From positions 1 to 46,484 of the forward strand of contig JANRKO010000052.1 in assembly GCA_033763455.1 (NCBI GenBank): a DNA stretch of 46,484 nucleotides. The letters are read 5' to 3'. Source of the stretch: Polyangiaceae bacterium (GTDB lineage Bacteria > Myxococcota_A > Polyangia > Polyangiales > Polyangiaceae). The notes under the pieces were generated by a model that was not told the DNA's origin, made no database searches, and saw only the letters and a list, made by a program, of their open reading frames with translations. This document shows, piece by piece, positions 17,308 through 27,754 of the stretch (position 1 is its first letter; each line of letters begins with the position of its first letter). The translations under genes were made by a program, and so were the position numbers.

Positions 17308-18687
17308 GTGGGACAAGATCGCTTAACTCGCCAAGAACTCGGCTGGCTCCTGGCACAGGAGGCCCGAGGCGCGGCTAAGGCGCTCCGCTCGGATATCGTC
17401 CGGCCGCCCTCCGCGGCCGCCATCATCACCCAAGCGGAGCCCGAGCCCGCTGCCGTCGAAACCACGCTAGATCAGCTGGACGACGCCATCAGCATGTTCG
17501 CGGCGCTTCAGTCTGGGCCCCAGGTTCAACGCCGGGGGCGCATCGATCTAGCAGCGCTTCTCTACGCGGTCGCCCCCAAGGCCCGCATCGCAATGGAGCC
17601 AGGAGCCGGTACGGAAGTGTTCGGCGTCGAAGCCGAGCTGCGGCGCATGCTGCACGTGCTGGTCAACCACACCACCACAAGTTTTTCGGGCCAAGATTCT
17701 TCCTCCCCAGAAGTTCGTATTCACCGCCAGGGCGATTGGGTGCGTATCAGCGTTGAACTCGGTCCTGATAGCTCGCCCACCGCAGAGCTGGAACGCCGCT
17801 GGCTGAGTCGGATGACGGTGCGTCACGGCGGCAGGCTCGATCTGGTCGCCGGAACGCTTTCGATCTTGCTGCCTGCCGACGGCGCCAGCGATCAAAGCGA
17901 GGTGGCGGAGCTCAGAAAAGAGTTGGAGCAAGCACAGCAACTCGGCGAAGCCTACGCACGCGAGCTGGCGAGTGTGTTCGCCACGGGGGATGCCCCTCAG
18001 CTTGCTGGGCCAAGCGAAAGCGCCATCCCGCAGGCCACCGAATTTGGCTTAGCCATTCGCTTTTCCACGCAGCTCTCTAGGATCTTGCGGCGTTTTTCGG
18101 ATTCACTGCGCGCGGATGCGGACGCACTCAAGGAAAACGGCGCCGACATTGCGCCTCTTGAGTTGCGTCTCCATGGCCTCAACTCACTCCTCTTGGAGCT
18201 TTCCCGAGCCGCTGAAACACCCGAAGCCGAGCGCTCTACCGATTTTGACCTCACCCAAGCCGTCCAAGCAGCCATCCTTGAGCTCACCACCAAAGCGGAA
18301 CGTAATGACGTAAGTTTTAGCGTCAATCTTCCTCAGCGCATGGCTAGCCGCACTCACAAGCACACGGCGGAGCTGTTGCTAAAGTGCTTGCTCACGCACG
18401 CTATCGATGCCAGCCCACGTGGCTCCAAAGTTCTGCTGCGCCTGACCCAGGCAGCCGAAGAGGCCCGCCTTGCGATCGAGGATGCTGGGCCGGTGGTCCC
18501 GGTGGCAGCTCGGGAATCGCTGGTGGCCGGGCGGCTGGATCCAACGTCGGTCGGTCGACCCTCGGGCGTTTCATTGCTTTTGGCCAATGCTGCCGTCGGC
18601 AAGCTTGGTGGGTGCCTGTTGCTCGGGGAATCCCAGAGCGGCAATGCGCTCCTTCAAGCGGTTTTCCCGCTCTATCAGCTGGGCTAA
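17308..18687 (+). CDS. Degenerate histidine-kinase-like protein (two HisKA/HATPase-like halves)
   Basis: LAQEARG at the H-box position, ID/FDL..V, THAIDASP at the N-box position, IEDAGP, GVSL; start approximate. Confidence 0.65.
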   Translation: MGQDRLTRQELGWLLAQEARGAAKALRSDIVRPPSAAAIITQAEPEPAAVETTLDQLDDAISMFAALQSGPQVQRRGRIDLAALLYAVAPKARIAMEPGAGTEVFGVEAELRRMLHVLVNHTTTSFSGQDSSSPEVRIHRQGDWVRISVELGPDSSPTAELERRWLSRMTVRHGGRLDLVAGTLSILLPADGASDQSEVAELRKELEQAQQLGEAYARELASVFATGDAPQLAGPSESAIPQATEFGLAIRFSTQLSRILRRFSDSLRADADALKENGADIAPLELRLHGLNSLLLELSRAAETPEAERSTDFDLTQAVQAAILELTTKAERNDVSFSVNLPQRMASRTHKHTAELLLKCLLTHAIDASPRGSKVLLRLTQAAEEARLAIEDAGPVVPVAARESLVAGRLDPTSVGRPSGVSLLLANAAVGKLGGCLLLGESQSGNALLQAVFPLYQLG

Positions 18688-18750
18688 CGCAGAAAAGTCG
18701 CACTTGGGGGCTAACCCGCCGCAGAAGATCCACGCTAGCCTAGCTTTGTC

Positions 18751-19119
18751 ATGAGGATTCTCGTCGTTGAAGATCAGGACTCGATTCGCCGTATGATCGA
18801 GGCGTTGGTGAAAGCGCGTGGCTTTGAGGTTGAGCCTGTATCCTCAGGAGCCAAAGCCATTGATGTAGCGCTCACGAACCCACCAGATGTAGTGTTGTTA
18901 GATCTCATGATGCCGGGCCAATACGACGGCTTCGCGGTGTGTGAACGCCTTCGCGCTGAGCCCTCCACGCGCAAAGTTCCGATCGTTATCATTAGCGCCC
19001 TCGACGACGATCAATCACGGCAGCGGGCTACCGCCGCTGGTGCTACAGCTTTTTTCACCAAGCCCTTTAGCCCCATCGCGCTGCTCAAGGAATTGGAGCG
19101 CTTCAAGGCGCAACTATAA
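18751..19119 (+). CDS. Single-domain response regulator (REC)
   Basis: ILVVEDQ, LLDLMMP, ISA, FTKPF. Confidence 0.93.
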   Translation: MRILVVEDQDSIRRMIEALVKARGFEVEPVSSGAKAIDVALTNPPDVVLLDLMMPGQYDGFAVCERLRAEPSTRKVPIVIISALDDDQSRQRATAAGATAFFTKPFSPIALLKELERFKAQL

Positions 19120-19155
19120 GGTAAACGCCTGCGAGATTTGGCGGCCGCTCAAACG

Positions 19156-19545
19156 CTAGCTTTTGAGGGACCCCAACAAATCGCGCGCTCGAAGCCGAGC
19201 CGTTTGCAGAAGGCCCGGCACTTCAAGTGCGGGAATGCGCAACCGCTGAGCTAGGTCCTTCAGCATCGCAAGTTCTTTTTCGTGCTGCTCCCCATCCACC
19301 ATGGTCAGTAGCACTGCGTGTTGCAGTAGCACGCGGCGATCGTCCAAGCTGAGGTCAGACACGGCAATGTCATCCAGCGTTTTGGGCTCACGTGCAAAGG
19401 CCCGTATCTCGTGCGCCTCGCTCGGGGTGGCGTGGTAACCCGCCAAGAGCCCGTCAATCACCTGTGTCTCCTCGGCGGTAACGCGGCCATCGGCCCAGGC
19501 CACACTCACTAACGCCTTCAAAATTGCAATATCCTGCACGTGCAT
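19156..19545 (-). CDS. TerB-family protein
   Basis: VAWADGRVTAEE ... VDGEQHEKE..L..LA..L. Confidence 0.8.
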   Translation of the reverse strand: MHVQDIAILKALVSVAWADGRVTAEETQVIDGLLAGYHATPSEAHEIRAFAREPKTLDDIAVSDLSLDDRRVLLQHAVLLTMVDGEQHEKELAMLKDLAQRLRIPALEVPGLLQTARLRARDLLGSLKS

Positions 19546-19578
19546 CGTAGAAATACGATACAGCTCAGAGCTCGTGCG

Positions 19579-21267
19579 TCAATCGGCGAAGATGGTGTGC
19601 TCGGCCCGGTCGGCGCTCCGCTTCGGCGTGAGGCTTTGTCCAGGTACGGGGATCCGCTTCCAGGAGCGCTCCGCTTCGCCCGCCCTAGCCACGATTACTT
19701 CCAAGGGTTCGCCGCACTTTAGCAGCTCAAAGCTCGGGTTTGGGCCAGGCTTGGTGGAGGCGGGTTGCTGGGAGTTGGCGTTGGCAGGCCGCACAGTCAC
19801 GCTCGCATGCTCCCTCACGCCACGAACCTTGAGTCTCGCCTGGCATATGCCTTTCGCTCCCACCGGCGTGTGTTGAGAACCTGGAGCGATATTCGCACGG
19901 GCATGTGTGTTCACTCCTCGCCCGGCCGCAGCAGCCACAACGTCCGTGAGCTCGGCACGGTAGCGGGTGGCCGCAGCGCCGCCCATTACCAGAATCGTGA
20001 GGAGAGCCACCACGAAGCCCCCCTTGGGTGTCACGTCGGGCCCGGCAGCGGGCTTCTCCGTGATTTCCGCAGCGACTGGGGGTGGCGTGAGGTTCGAAAG
20101 CCAAGCGTCCGCATGCGGTGTCAGCTCCACGTCACACATCCCCTTCAAATCGTGGCGCACTTCTCGATCGGAACGCAGAAGGGCCGCATTGAAGCGCGAT
20201 AACAGCGAGTCTAGGTGGCTCTTCCCAATCTCAATAGGCGGCGGCGTGGGCTCCAGCATCTCAACATCGCCCGGGGCTAAAGATTGGAAGATGTCCACGT
20301 CTTCGGGGGCGACAGGGACGAACTGCTCCACCTCGCTGAGAACCTCACGTTGCCCCAACTCGACGCCCTCTTGAGCCTGAAAATCTTCCGACGTTTCGAA
20401 CCAACCACCGCCGCGATGTTCGGGCCTCACCTCAAGCGTCCCAAATAAGGAGGGATCGGTTTTTTGGGGGCGCTCCATCATGGTCACCACCTGCGTGCCC
20501 AAAAACGGCGTCTGATCATTGCGGGGCATCAGCGTACCCACATCCAGGGTACGGCGGACGCGAGGTTGCGGCACTGTGGCTTCCTCGCGCCCTGCAACGG
20601 TTGCTTTTTCGGGCTGTGCCGGCGTGCATTCCGTGCGAAAGTGCAGCGCTGTTCCCTGGCCATTCGGCACCTTCCGAGCGCGATCCTCTTTGCTATCAGT
20701 TTTTGCTACTTCAGCTGTAGCGTCGGCCAATCGCGTACGGGGAAGGCCGGAGGGATCGCTCGCGCCGACGGATGCAGACGCTTGGCGGGGCACTTGTTCG
20801 CCCATCCACCCCGCCAACATCTTTTCGACCTGTACACGAGGCTTCTCGAGCAACCCTCGCTTTTGGGCTCTCTCTGTATCCCTGCAAAGCCGCGCGAGCG
20901 ATCTACGAGCAGCGGGCCGGTTCAACGGCACCAGCGCGCCCTGAAGTTCCAATGCGAGTGGCCCAAGACCTCGGCTCTCGGTTTCCGCGATGCGCACAAC
21001 GGCTCGCGCCGGCCGGTGTGCACCTACTAAGAGCTGCCGTAAAAGCTTGCGCAGTGCCGTTTCACACTCAGCGGATGTGGCCTTGGGCCCGCTGAGCACG
21101 CAAACGTCACCTTCGGGCGTCAGAACCACATCACCCAGCCCAACGTTCCTCGGCCCCGCCGCCAAGGCTTGGGCCAAACAATAAGTCACAAACCCGGAAT
21201 TTTCGCCGGTAAGGCAGGCCTGTTGCGCGCCGGCAGCGGCCAAAACTTCCAACAACGTGACGCTCAT
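19579..21267 (-). CDS. Hypothetical single-TM protein with long disordered linker
   Basis: Likely start MSVTLLEV, because the upstream ORF extension overlaps the divergent gene; TM GGFVVALLTILVMGG. Confidence 0.65.
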   Translation of the reverse strand: MSVTLLEVLAAAGAQQACLTGENSGFVTYCLAQALAAGPRNVGLGDVVLTPEGDVCVLSGPKATSAECETALRKLLRQLLVGAHRPARAVVRIAETESRGLGPLALELQGALVPLNRPAARRSLARLCRDTERAQKRGLLEKPRVQVEKMLAGWMGEQVPRQASASVGASDPSGLPRTRLADATAEVAKTDSKEDRARKVPNGQGTALHFRTECTPAQPEKATVAGREEATVPQPRVRRTLDVGTLMPRNDQTPFLGTQVVTMMERPQKTDPSLFGTLEVRPEHRGGGWFETSEDFQAQEGVELGQREVLSEVEQFVPVAPEDVDIFQSLAPGDVEMLEPTPPPIEIGKSHLDSLLSRFNAALLRSDREVRHDLKGMCDVELTPHADAWLSNLTPPPVAAEITEKPAAGPDVTPKGGFVVALLTILVMGGAAATRYRAELTDVVAAAAGRGVNTHARANIAPGSQHTPVGAKGICQARLKVRGVREHASVTVRPANANSQQPASTKPGPNPSFELLKCGEPLEVIVARAGEAERSWKRIPVPGQSLTPKRSADRAEHTIFAD

Positions 21268-21387
21268 GGGGGCAACCTTGCTACCCAAGGCATAGGCTAG
21301 CGCGGGCAAATGGGACAAAGACCTTGCAGAAACAACTTCCAGGCAAGCCCTCCCCAAGCGGCAAGCGTCGAGTAAGATGCGCGGCTT

Positions 21388-23235
21388 ATGGCTACCTGTC
21401 CCCAATGCGGCGCCGAAGGCGAAGCAACCCAGAGTGCGTGCGCCGTGTGTGGCACCCGGCTCCAAGTCGCCCGCGAACCGCTCCCCGCGCAGCCACCTGG
21501 GCAGGGCCAGTTCATGAAGACCATGTTGGGCATGCCGTCGCAGCCCCCGGCAGCAGGTCCTTCCACCAATCCGCCAGCGGTCGCCACCAATCCCGGACCC
21601 GCATCGCCAGCACCTGCACCCTCCGCCTCTACTCCGGCACCTGCACCGGCTGCAGCCTTCGGGCGCACCATGCTCGGAATCGCCCCTTCTGCCCCGCTTC
21701 CCCAAACCACACCCGCAGGCTCCCCACCCACAGCACCTTGGGGAACGGCGCCCGCGCATGAAGCCCCGCTCGACGCCAAACGGACGATGCTCGGCGGCAT
21801 GGGAGCCCCTAGTTCTTTTGCCTCGCCTCCCGCTGCCGCACCGCAACCACAGCTTCCCGCCCAGAGCAACACGCAGCCTGGAGGCACTTCGGCGCCCCTT
21901 CCGAACCCTGCGCTAGCGGGCGGCAACCGAACCATCTTGGGCGTGGCTCGCCCAGGAATTGCGCCGCTCAACCCGGGCATGGCCAAGCCCCTGGAGCCGC
22001 AACAAGAATACGCCGACGAGCCCTTGGAACCTATTGCCGGGCTAGCACCGAAATCGGCGGGGCAAAAGCGTGGGTTGTTATTCCTACTGTTGGGCACCGG
22101 CCTAGCCGGCACCGCGTTGGCAGCTTTCTTCTTGTGGAAAAGCCCACCCAAGGTGAGTGTCGCGGTAGCGTTAGGTAAGAATGGCGAAGAGGTGCTCCAG
22201 GTAGAATGTCCCGAGTGCGCCGAAGGAACTGAAATAACGCTTGGACGGAGCCGTGCGAAGTTCGCCCAACACAAGGCGGAGCTTCAGCCCGAGGTGCCGC
22301 TCAAGGTCGGAAAAAATGATCTAGAATTGGGGCTGGTGAGCTCCAATGGCAAAACCACGCCGCTACAAATATCGGTTCCTATTCGCTACCGGGTAACGCC
22401 GCGTTTGGCGAGGCTCAGTGAAACGCCCCCCGTATTGGAAGTGGCAGTCGAAGCCGCGAACACCACAAGCGTCGTTGTGGGTACCAAGCCACTCACATTG
22501 AACTCGAGCGGCGTCGGCTCCTTTGCCTTGGACATTACACCCGATGTAACCGGACAAGCGTCCGAGGTGCGGGCGCTGGAACGCCAGGTGCCCTATGAGC
22601 TCAGCTTCTCAGACAGCGACGCAGTGAAGAGTGTTGTTACCTTTCAGCTTAGAATCATTCCCCTTCGCGTAGAAGCACCCGGTGATTCCATTACCATCGA
22701 GAAAGAGACCTTCCGCTTGGCGGGGCAAACGGAGCCGGGTGCCGAAGTTTCGGTAAGCGGCCGCAAGCTTGAGGTGGCTCCGAACGGTACCTTCAGTCAA
22801 ACAATGCGAATTTCCGCCGCAGGGGAGACCACCTTTTGGGTGCGCGCAAGTCGGGAAGGCCAAGCTCCGCGCCTCGTAGCAGTGAAGGCGAAGCGAGTTT
22901 CAAGTCTTGCAGCCGAAGCTCAAGCGCTCGATGCGTTGGCATTGAAGTCGTACACCTCGGTCGTGCAAGACCTAAAGGGTCAAGTTGGGAAACCCATCGC
23001 GTGGAAAGGTAAGCTTGTGGAGGCTCGCCAGCTTGCCAACGCGTGGGTCTTGTTGATGGATGCAAGCAGTGGCTGCAGTAGCGCGCCTTGCCTGGCACGT
23101 GTCGCTTTCGGCGGCGAAGGCAGCTTTGCAAAGGGTGACGTCGTGAACCTGTATGGAGTACTTGAGGGAAGCGTTGATGGTCCGCGCTCGGGCACAACGA
23201 TTCCGGTCGTGCGCGCCAATTTTATCGTCCGATGA
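21388..23235 (+). CDS. Zinc-ribbon / Pro-rich / TM / Ig-like and OB-like domain protein
   Basis: CPQCG..CAVCG; Pro-rich linker with (K/R)T(M/I)LG repeats; TM; GQTEPGAEVSVSG Ig-like segment. Confidence 0.75.
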   Translation: MATCPQCGAEGEATQSACAVCGTRLQVAREPLPAQPPGQGQFMKTMLGMPSQPPAAGPSTNPPAVATNPGPASPAPAPSASTPAPAPAAAFGRTMLGIAPSAPLPQTTPAGSPPTAPWGTAPAHEAPLDAKRTMLGGMGAPSSFASPPAAAPQPQLPAQSNTQPGGTSAPLPNPALAGGNRTILGVARPGIAPLNPGMAKPLEPQQEYADEPLEPIAGLAPKSAGQKRGLLFLLLGTGLAGTALAAFFLWKSPPKVSVAVALGKNGEEVLQVECPECAEGTEITLGRSRAKFAQHKAELQPEVPLKVGKNDLELGLVSSNGKTTPLQISVPIRYRVTPRLARLSETPPVLEVAVEAANTTSVVVGTKPLTLNSSGVGSFALDITPDVTGQASEVRALERQVPYELSFSDSDAVKSVVTFQLRIIPLRVEAPGDSITIEKETFRLAGQTEPGAEVSVSGRKLEVAPNGTFSQTMRISAAGETTFWVRASREGQAPRLVAVKAKRVSSLAAEAQALDALALKSYTSVVQDLKGQVGKPIAWKGKLVEARQLANAWVLLMDASSGCSSAPCLARVAFGGEGSFAKGDVVNLYGVLEGSVDGPRSGTTIPVVRANFIVR

Positions 23236-24353
23236 AACGCTGGCAGTCGGCCCTGGTTTTTACGGCACTCCTTCGGAGTGCCGCAGCCGATGCTGCGCCC
23301 GAGGACAACGCTGATCGTTCCTCGTCTTTAGCGCACGCCGTGTCAGTGGCCAGCGTGCTGCCTTCCCGCAGTCTCCCGAAAGAGCTGCTCCTCCTCTGGG
23401 AGGCTCGCCAGAATTTTGGTGCCGTGGAAGGCTTCGCCGTTGGCGATGGTGGCATTTTTCTGGCTTCCGGTGCGCGCGGGGGCTCGGTGGCGCTCAATCG
23501 GAAAGGACAGCCCATTTGGTCGAACGGCGGTGCCTCGGGCTGGTTGCTCAGTCCACTGGCAGCGCGGTTCGGCTTTGTCGCGGTGGTGAGCCCGCTTTCC
23601 CTCGTGGGTTGGTCAGAGCGCGGCACTTTGCTTTACGAGCTGGCTCTCCGCGCTGACGAAACCGTTGAAAACCTGATGCTAGCTGCGCTCAGCAACGGCA
23701 GCGTGGCCCTGGTAAGTGGCAGACATTTGTTTGTCGTGGATGCCACGGGTCGCCAAACACTCGAGCTCCTCCTTCCAGAAAAGGCAGTAGCTCTCGTGGA
23801 AGTCGGCGCTGAGCTCACCGTTGCCCTAGCTTCAGGGCGAGTCGTGTCAGTTTCGACTTGGGGCACCATCCACTACCGCGGCGCTATTGGTCGGCAACCT
23901 GAGGCGGCGATGGCCTACCGGGAAGATTTGCTGATTGCTACGAGCGAGGGTGTCCACCTGCTGAACCTCACCTCGCGACGCTCGCGGCTGGTCTTGGCTT
24001 ACGAGCCAGAGGAACGACTCCTGGCACTAGAAACGAACGCCTTGGGCTTCCAACTCATCTCTCGAAGCGGCCAGCTCAGGCGCGTGGATCTTGGCGGGCG
24101 CCTAGCATTCTCGCTCAAGTTGGAGCCCGGGCAGGCGACGGCTGGCGGCCCTAACTTCTTCATGACCACGGACGACATCGGACAGACGGCCGTCGCCACC
24201 CCGGAAGGGCGCCTACTCATCGTCAGCCCCGAAGGAGCCGTTCGAGCCCAGCAGACGCTCTTTTGTGCCCGAGTTACGCTGCTTTCCCAGAGGTCCGGCC
24301 AAGTCCTTGTGGGGTGCAGTGACGGCAAAATCGTTGCCTACGGCGCCGGTTAA
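23232..24353 (+). CDS. Secreted beta-propeller (PQQ-like repeat) protein
   Basis: Signal peptide; repeated V.ALN..G...W / L.IVS..G units; C-terminal VGCSDGKIVAY; ATGA overlap. Confidence 0.6.
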   Translation: MKRWQSALVFTALLRSAAADAAPEDNADRSSSLAHAVSVASVLPSRSLPKELLLLWEARQNFGAVEGFAVGDGGIFLASGARGGSVALNRKGQPIWSNGGASGWLLSPLAARFGFVAVVSPLSLVGWSERGTLLYELALRADETVENLMLAALSNGSVALVSGRHLFVVDATGRQTLELLLPEKAVALVEVGAELTVALASGRVVSVSTWGTIHYRGAIGRQPEAAMAYREDLLIATSEGVHLLNLTSRRSRLVLAYEPEERLLALETNALGFQLISRSGQLRRVDLGGRLAFSLKLEPGQATAGGPNFFMTTDDIGQTAVATPEGRLLIVSPEGAVRAQQTLFCARVTLLSQRSGQVLVGCSDGKIVAYGAG

Positions 24354-24443
24354 GGTTGACGTGTGGCCCCCGGTGCTCATGATTAGACTCTGATGAGTTG
24401 GCCGGAGAAATTCGGTCGCGTTTATACCCGCCGAGAGAGCCCT

Positions 24444-24767
24444 ATGATTTCAATCACCGCCCTGGCAGCCGACAAAGTTAAAGAGATTTCCGCAAGCGAA
24501 GGGCTCTCGGGGCATGGGCTGCGCCTACGTGTGATTGGGGGAGGCTGTGCGGGCTTCCAATATGATTTGTACTTCGAGGAGCAGCCTACAGAGATGGACG
24601 AAACGTTCGAGTCCAACGGCGTGCGCCTTTTTGTAGATCCTTTGAGCTATCAATACTTGGACGGCACCGAGGTTGATTTCGCCGAAGGCCCCCAAGGGTC
24701 TGGCTTTAAGTTCGGCAATCCCAACGTCACCAGCACTTGCGGCTGCGGTTCTTCGTTTCAAGCATAA
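24444..24767 (+). CDS. A-type Fe-S carrier (HesB/IscA/ErpA family)
   Basis: GGGCAGFQY and TCGCGSSF motifs. Confidence 0.93.
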   Translation: MISITALAADKVKEISASEGLSGHGLRLRVIGGGCAGFQYDLYFEEQPTEMDETFESNGVRLFVDPLSYQYLDGTEVDFAEGPQGSGFKFGNPNVTSTCGCGSSFQA

Positions 24768-25133
24768 CCGCTCAAGTGGTCAAGCCGCGGTCGGCCGCGG
24801 CTACTTCAAAGTGGCACGTGAGCTGAACCGTGCGAGGTTGCATCGACCTTAGTGCACGGTCCGCATGACCTGACGCGTGTCTGTTTCCGTTCTTGGGCTG
24901 GCAATTGCCTGGGCGTCCAGGAACAGCGCGCCATCGTACGCGTGCACATGACAAACGTGTGACACAGCGGGATTTGTGCGCGTGGCTTCTGTTCATGCGT
25001 CCCGAATCGATCACCAATCGTACGAAGCTGCAGGTTGGGGGAATTGACGGAAACCAGACATGGTTACGTTACGTAGTCATTGGCGGCGGTCGAGGTACGG
25101 TTGCCCGGCCGGTGCGTGAAAGGCAGTTATCTT

Positions 25134-26012
25134 ATGAAGCACTCCAGCGAAAGCGCAGTCAACCACTACATCACGGCGGTAAAGCACCTTCCTGCGCTGA
25201 GTCGAGCAGAGGAGCTTGAGCTCACCACCGTCTACGCCAAAACGGGTGACACCCAAGCCAAGGATAAGCTCATCCAAACGCACCTCCGTTACGTCGTGGC
25301 GATCGCACTCAAGTATCGGCGTTACGGCGTACCTGTGGCAGAGCTCATCGGTGAAGGCAATTTCGGCCTGTTGCACGCCCTTACGAAGTTCGATCCCGAG
25401 CGAGGCTTTCGCTTCGTCACCTACGCGGCGTATTGGATTAGGGCGTACGTGCTGAACTACGTCATCCGCTCCTGGAGTATGGTGGGCGTTGGGTCGGGCG
25501 CCCTTCGTTCCAAAATGTTCTTTAAGCTGCGGCGGGAACGCGTTCGCCTCTTGAACCTCGTGGGCGAGCCGGAAAAGGCCGATGAGCTCTTGGCGCAGCA
25601 GCTCAAGCTCCCGACCGAGAAGGTGAAAGACATGGTGCGCCGGCTTGAACAGAGAGATCTCTCCCTGGACGCCAAAGTCTTCGACGATTCTGGGGCCACC
25701 TTGGGGGATAGCTTGCCCGCCATGAATGAAAACCAAGAAGAAGTCGCGAGCAACAACGAGCGGCAGGGCCAAATCCAGTCCACGGTGAATTCGGCCCTTG
25801 GCGTTTTGGACGAACGTGAGCGTTTCATCGTCAACTTCCGCCTCATGGCGGACAATGAAGATGCGCTTTCCCTCGCCGAGATCGGGCGCCGCCTCGGTGT
25901 CTCGCGCGAACGCGCTCGTCAGCTCGAAACCCGAGCGAAGCGCAAGCTCCGCGGGCGCATCGAGGAGCTTTCTGGAAGCGCCCCACAGAGTTGGGTGAAC
26001 GACGCAGCTTAA
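25134..26012 (+). CDS. RpoH/sigma-32-type RNA polymerase sigma factor
   Basis: Region 2 HLRYVVAIA..EGNFGL..KFDPERGFRFVTYAAYWIRA; RpoH-box-like RSKMFFKLRR; region 4 SLAEIG..LGVSRERARQLE. Confidence 0.9.
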   Translation: MKHSSESAVNHYITAVKHLPALSRAEELELTTVYAKTGDTQAKDKLIQTHLRYVVAIALKYRRYGVPVAELIGEGNFGLLHALTKFDPERGFRFVTYAAYWIRAYVLNYVIRSWSMVGVGSGALRSKMFFKLRRERVRLLNLVGEPEKADELLAQQLKLPTEKVKDMVRRLEQRDLSLDAKVFDDSGATLGDSLPAMNENQEEVASNNERQGQIQSTVNSALGVLDERERFIVNFRLMADNEDALSLAEIGRRLGVSRERARQLETRAKRKLRGRIEELSGSAPQSWVNDAA

Positions 26013-26193
26013 CGTGATGCTGAGGTATTGGGTGCACCGAGCTCGGGCTTAGGCGTACAGACTTTGGCTGCCCTCCCCCGGCTGCCGCTGGATGCGGCAG
26101 CGCGCCCCCTCCCCGATGTCTCCGCGGCGGAGCCATGCGTGGGGCACCACAAAGAAGCCACGTCTGCTGCTTGGATCTCCCAGGCCCTGTTGC

Positions 26194-27701
26194 GTCGCCC
26201 ATAATGGGTGAAGCAGCCGGATTTGCTTGCAAACTCGATCTCGGTTTGATCTTTTGTCTGCCAGAAAACGGGGAGTTGATCCTCGAAAGGCGGCAAAATG
26301 AACTGAGAAATCCGGGATAAGGACCCCTCAGGGGGAGTTGTTTCGAGTGCGGCTTGAAGTGCTTGTCGATCCGAAGCACCCACTGGTCGAGCTTGGGAAA
26401 CGAGTCGACTGGGCGTGGTTTGAAGGCCAGTACGATGGGCTATTCACAGAAAATGGCCGACCGGCCTTGTCTGTACGGCTTGTGGTGGGCCTGACAATTC
26501 TCAAGCACATGGAGAACTTGTCTGATGAGCAAGTGGTCCTGCGGTGGGTTGAGAATCCGTACTGGCAACACTTCTGCGGTCGGGAGTTCTTTGAGCACAG
26601 GTTGCCATGTAACCCATCAAGCCTAACTCGCTGGCGTAACCGATGCGGAGAGGAAGGGGTCAAGAAAATGCTCTCTGAAAGCCTTCGTGTCGCCGCTGAA
26701 GATGGGCAGCTGAAAGCTCAGGCACTCACCGAGGTCGTTGTGGATACAACGGTGCAGCCCAAGGACATCACGTACCCAACTGATGCCAAACTGCTGGAGT
26801 CGGCCCGCAGAAATCTGGCTAAGGAAGCCGTTAATGCGGGCCTTGAGTTGCGCCGCAGCTACAAGCGCATGGGTCGCTTGTATGCAGTCAAAGCCGCTCG
26901 CTATCGTCACGCCAAGCAGTTCAATCGAGCCAAGAGGAGCGAGAAAAAACTCCGCACGTTCTTGGGTGCTCTCATGCGCGACGTGCGCCGAAAGGCTGAA
27001 AAAGTTGGCGTAACCATCGAAGGCGCGCTCCAGCAGGCTCTGCTGATTGCGCAGCGTATTCACCACCAGGTGGCTGACAAAAAATCAAAGAACAAGGTCT
27101 AAGCGTGCATCAGCCACATGTGGCCTGTATCGCCAAAGGCAAAGCACACCAGCCGTTTGAGTTTGGGAGCAAAGTCAGCATCGCAACCACCGTCAAAGGC
27201 TGCTGGGTCGTCGGCATCGAGAACTTTCGCGGCAATCCCTTCGACGGCGCTACGCTGAGGACCGCCATCGCTGGTGTTACCAGCGTAACTGGTTGCGAAG
27301 TGAAGCGCGCATTTGTGGACAAGGGTTACCGAGGAAGAAAACACCATCCCAGGGGCGTGCAGGTGTTGATCTCGGGCCGCAAGAATCTGAAACCAGCACT
27401 CGCGCGAAAACTGAAGCGGCGTCAGTCCGTCGAGCCCATCATTGGCCATCTGAAAACAGACCATCGTCTCAGGCGAAACTTCCTCCACGGCGAGCTCGGC
27501 GACATCCTCAACGCCGTCCTCGCCGGCGTTGGCTTCAACTTCCGCAAGCTCATGCGCGCCTGGCGCGACGCCTGGGTTTTGCTTGTCCAATTCGTGATGG
27601 CACTCGTACGGCTATTTTTCCAAAACCAGGCCGCCCATCGACTCTTGCCTGGGGCTTAGAGTCCCAGCGACCTTTTTGGGAAGGCGTTATTCAGAAGGGA
27701 C
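26194..27701 (+). mobile_element. IS5-family insertion sequence (inactivated)
   Basis: Ends GTCGCCCATAAT... and ...TTATTCAGAAGGGAC, flanked by the direct repeat TGTTGC (26188-26193 and 27702-27707). Confidence 0.85.
26338..27659 (+). pseudogene. IS5-family DDE transposase interrupted by an in-frame TAA (27100-27102)
   Basis: ENPYWQHFCG, VVDTTVQPKDITYPTD, KV*SVHQPHVACIAKGKAHQPFEFGSKV, FVDKGYRG, RRQSVEPIIGHLKTDH; both halves are in one frame. Confidence 0.9.
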
Positions 27702-27754
27702 TGTTGCCTTGGATGCTACCAGTAACGAACGCGCCATTTGGCGAGAGCATCCAG

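Noticed and set aside
27100..27102. Programmed stop read-through in the IS5 transposase
   Set aside because: A single TAY-to-TAA change at a conserved Tyr, plus a second lesion near the start, is better explained by decay.
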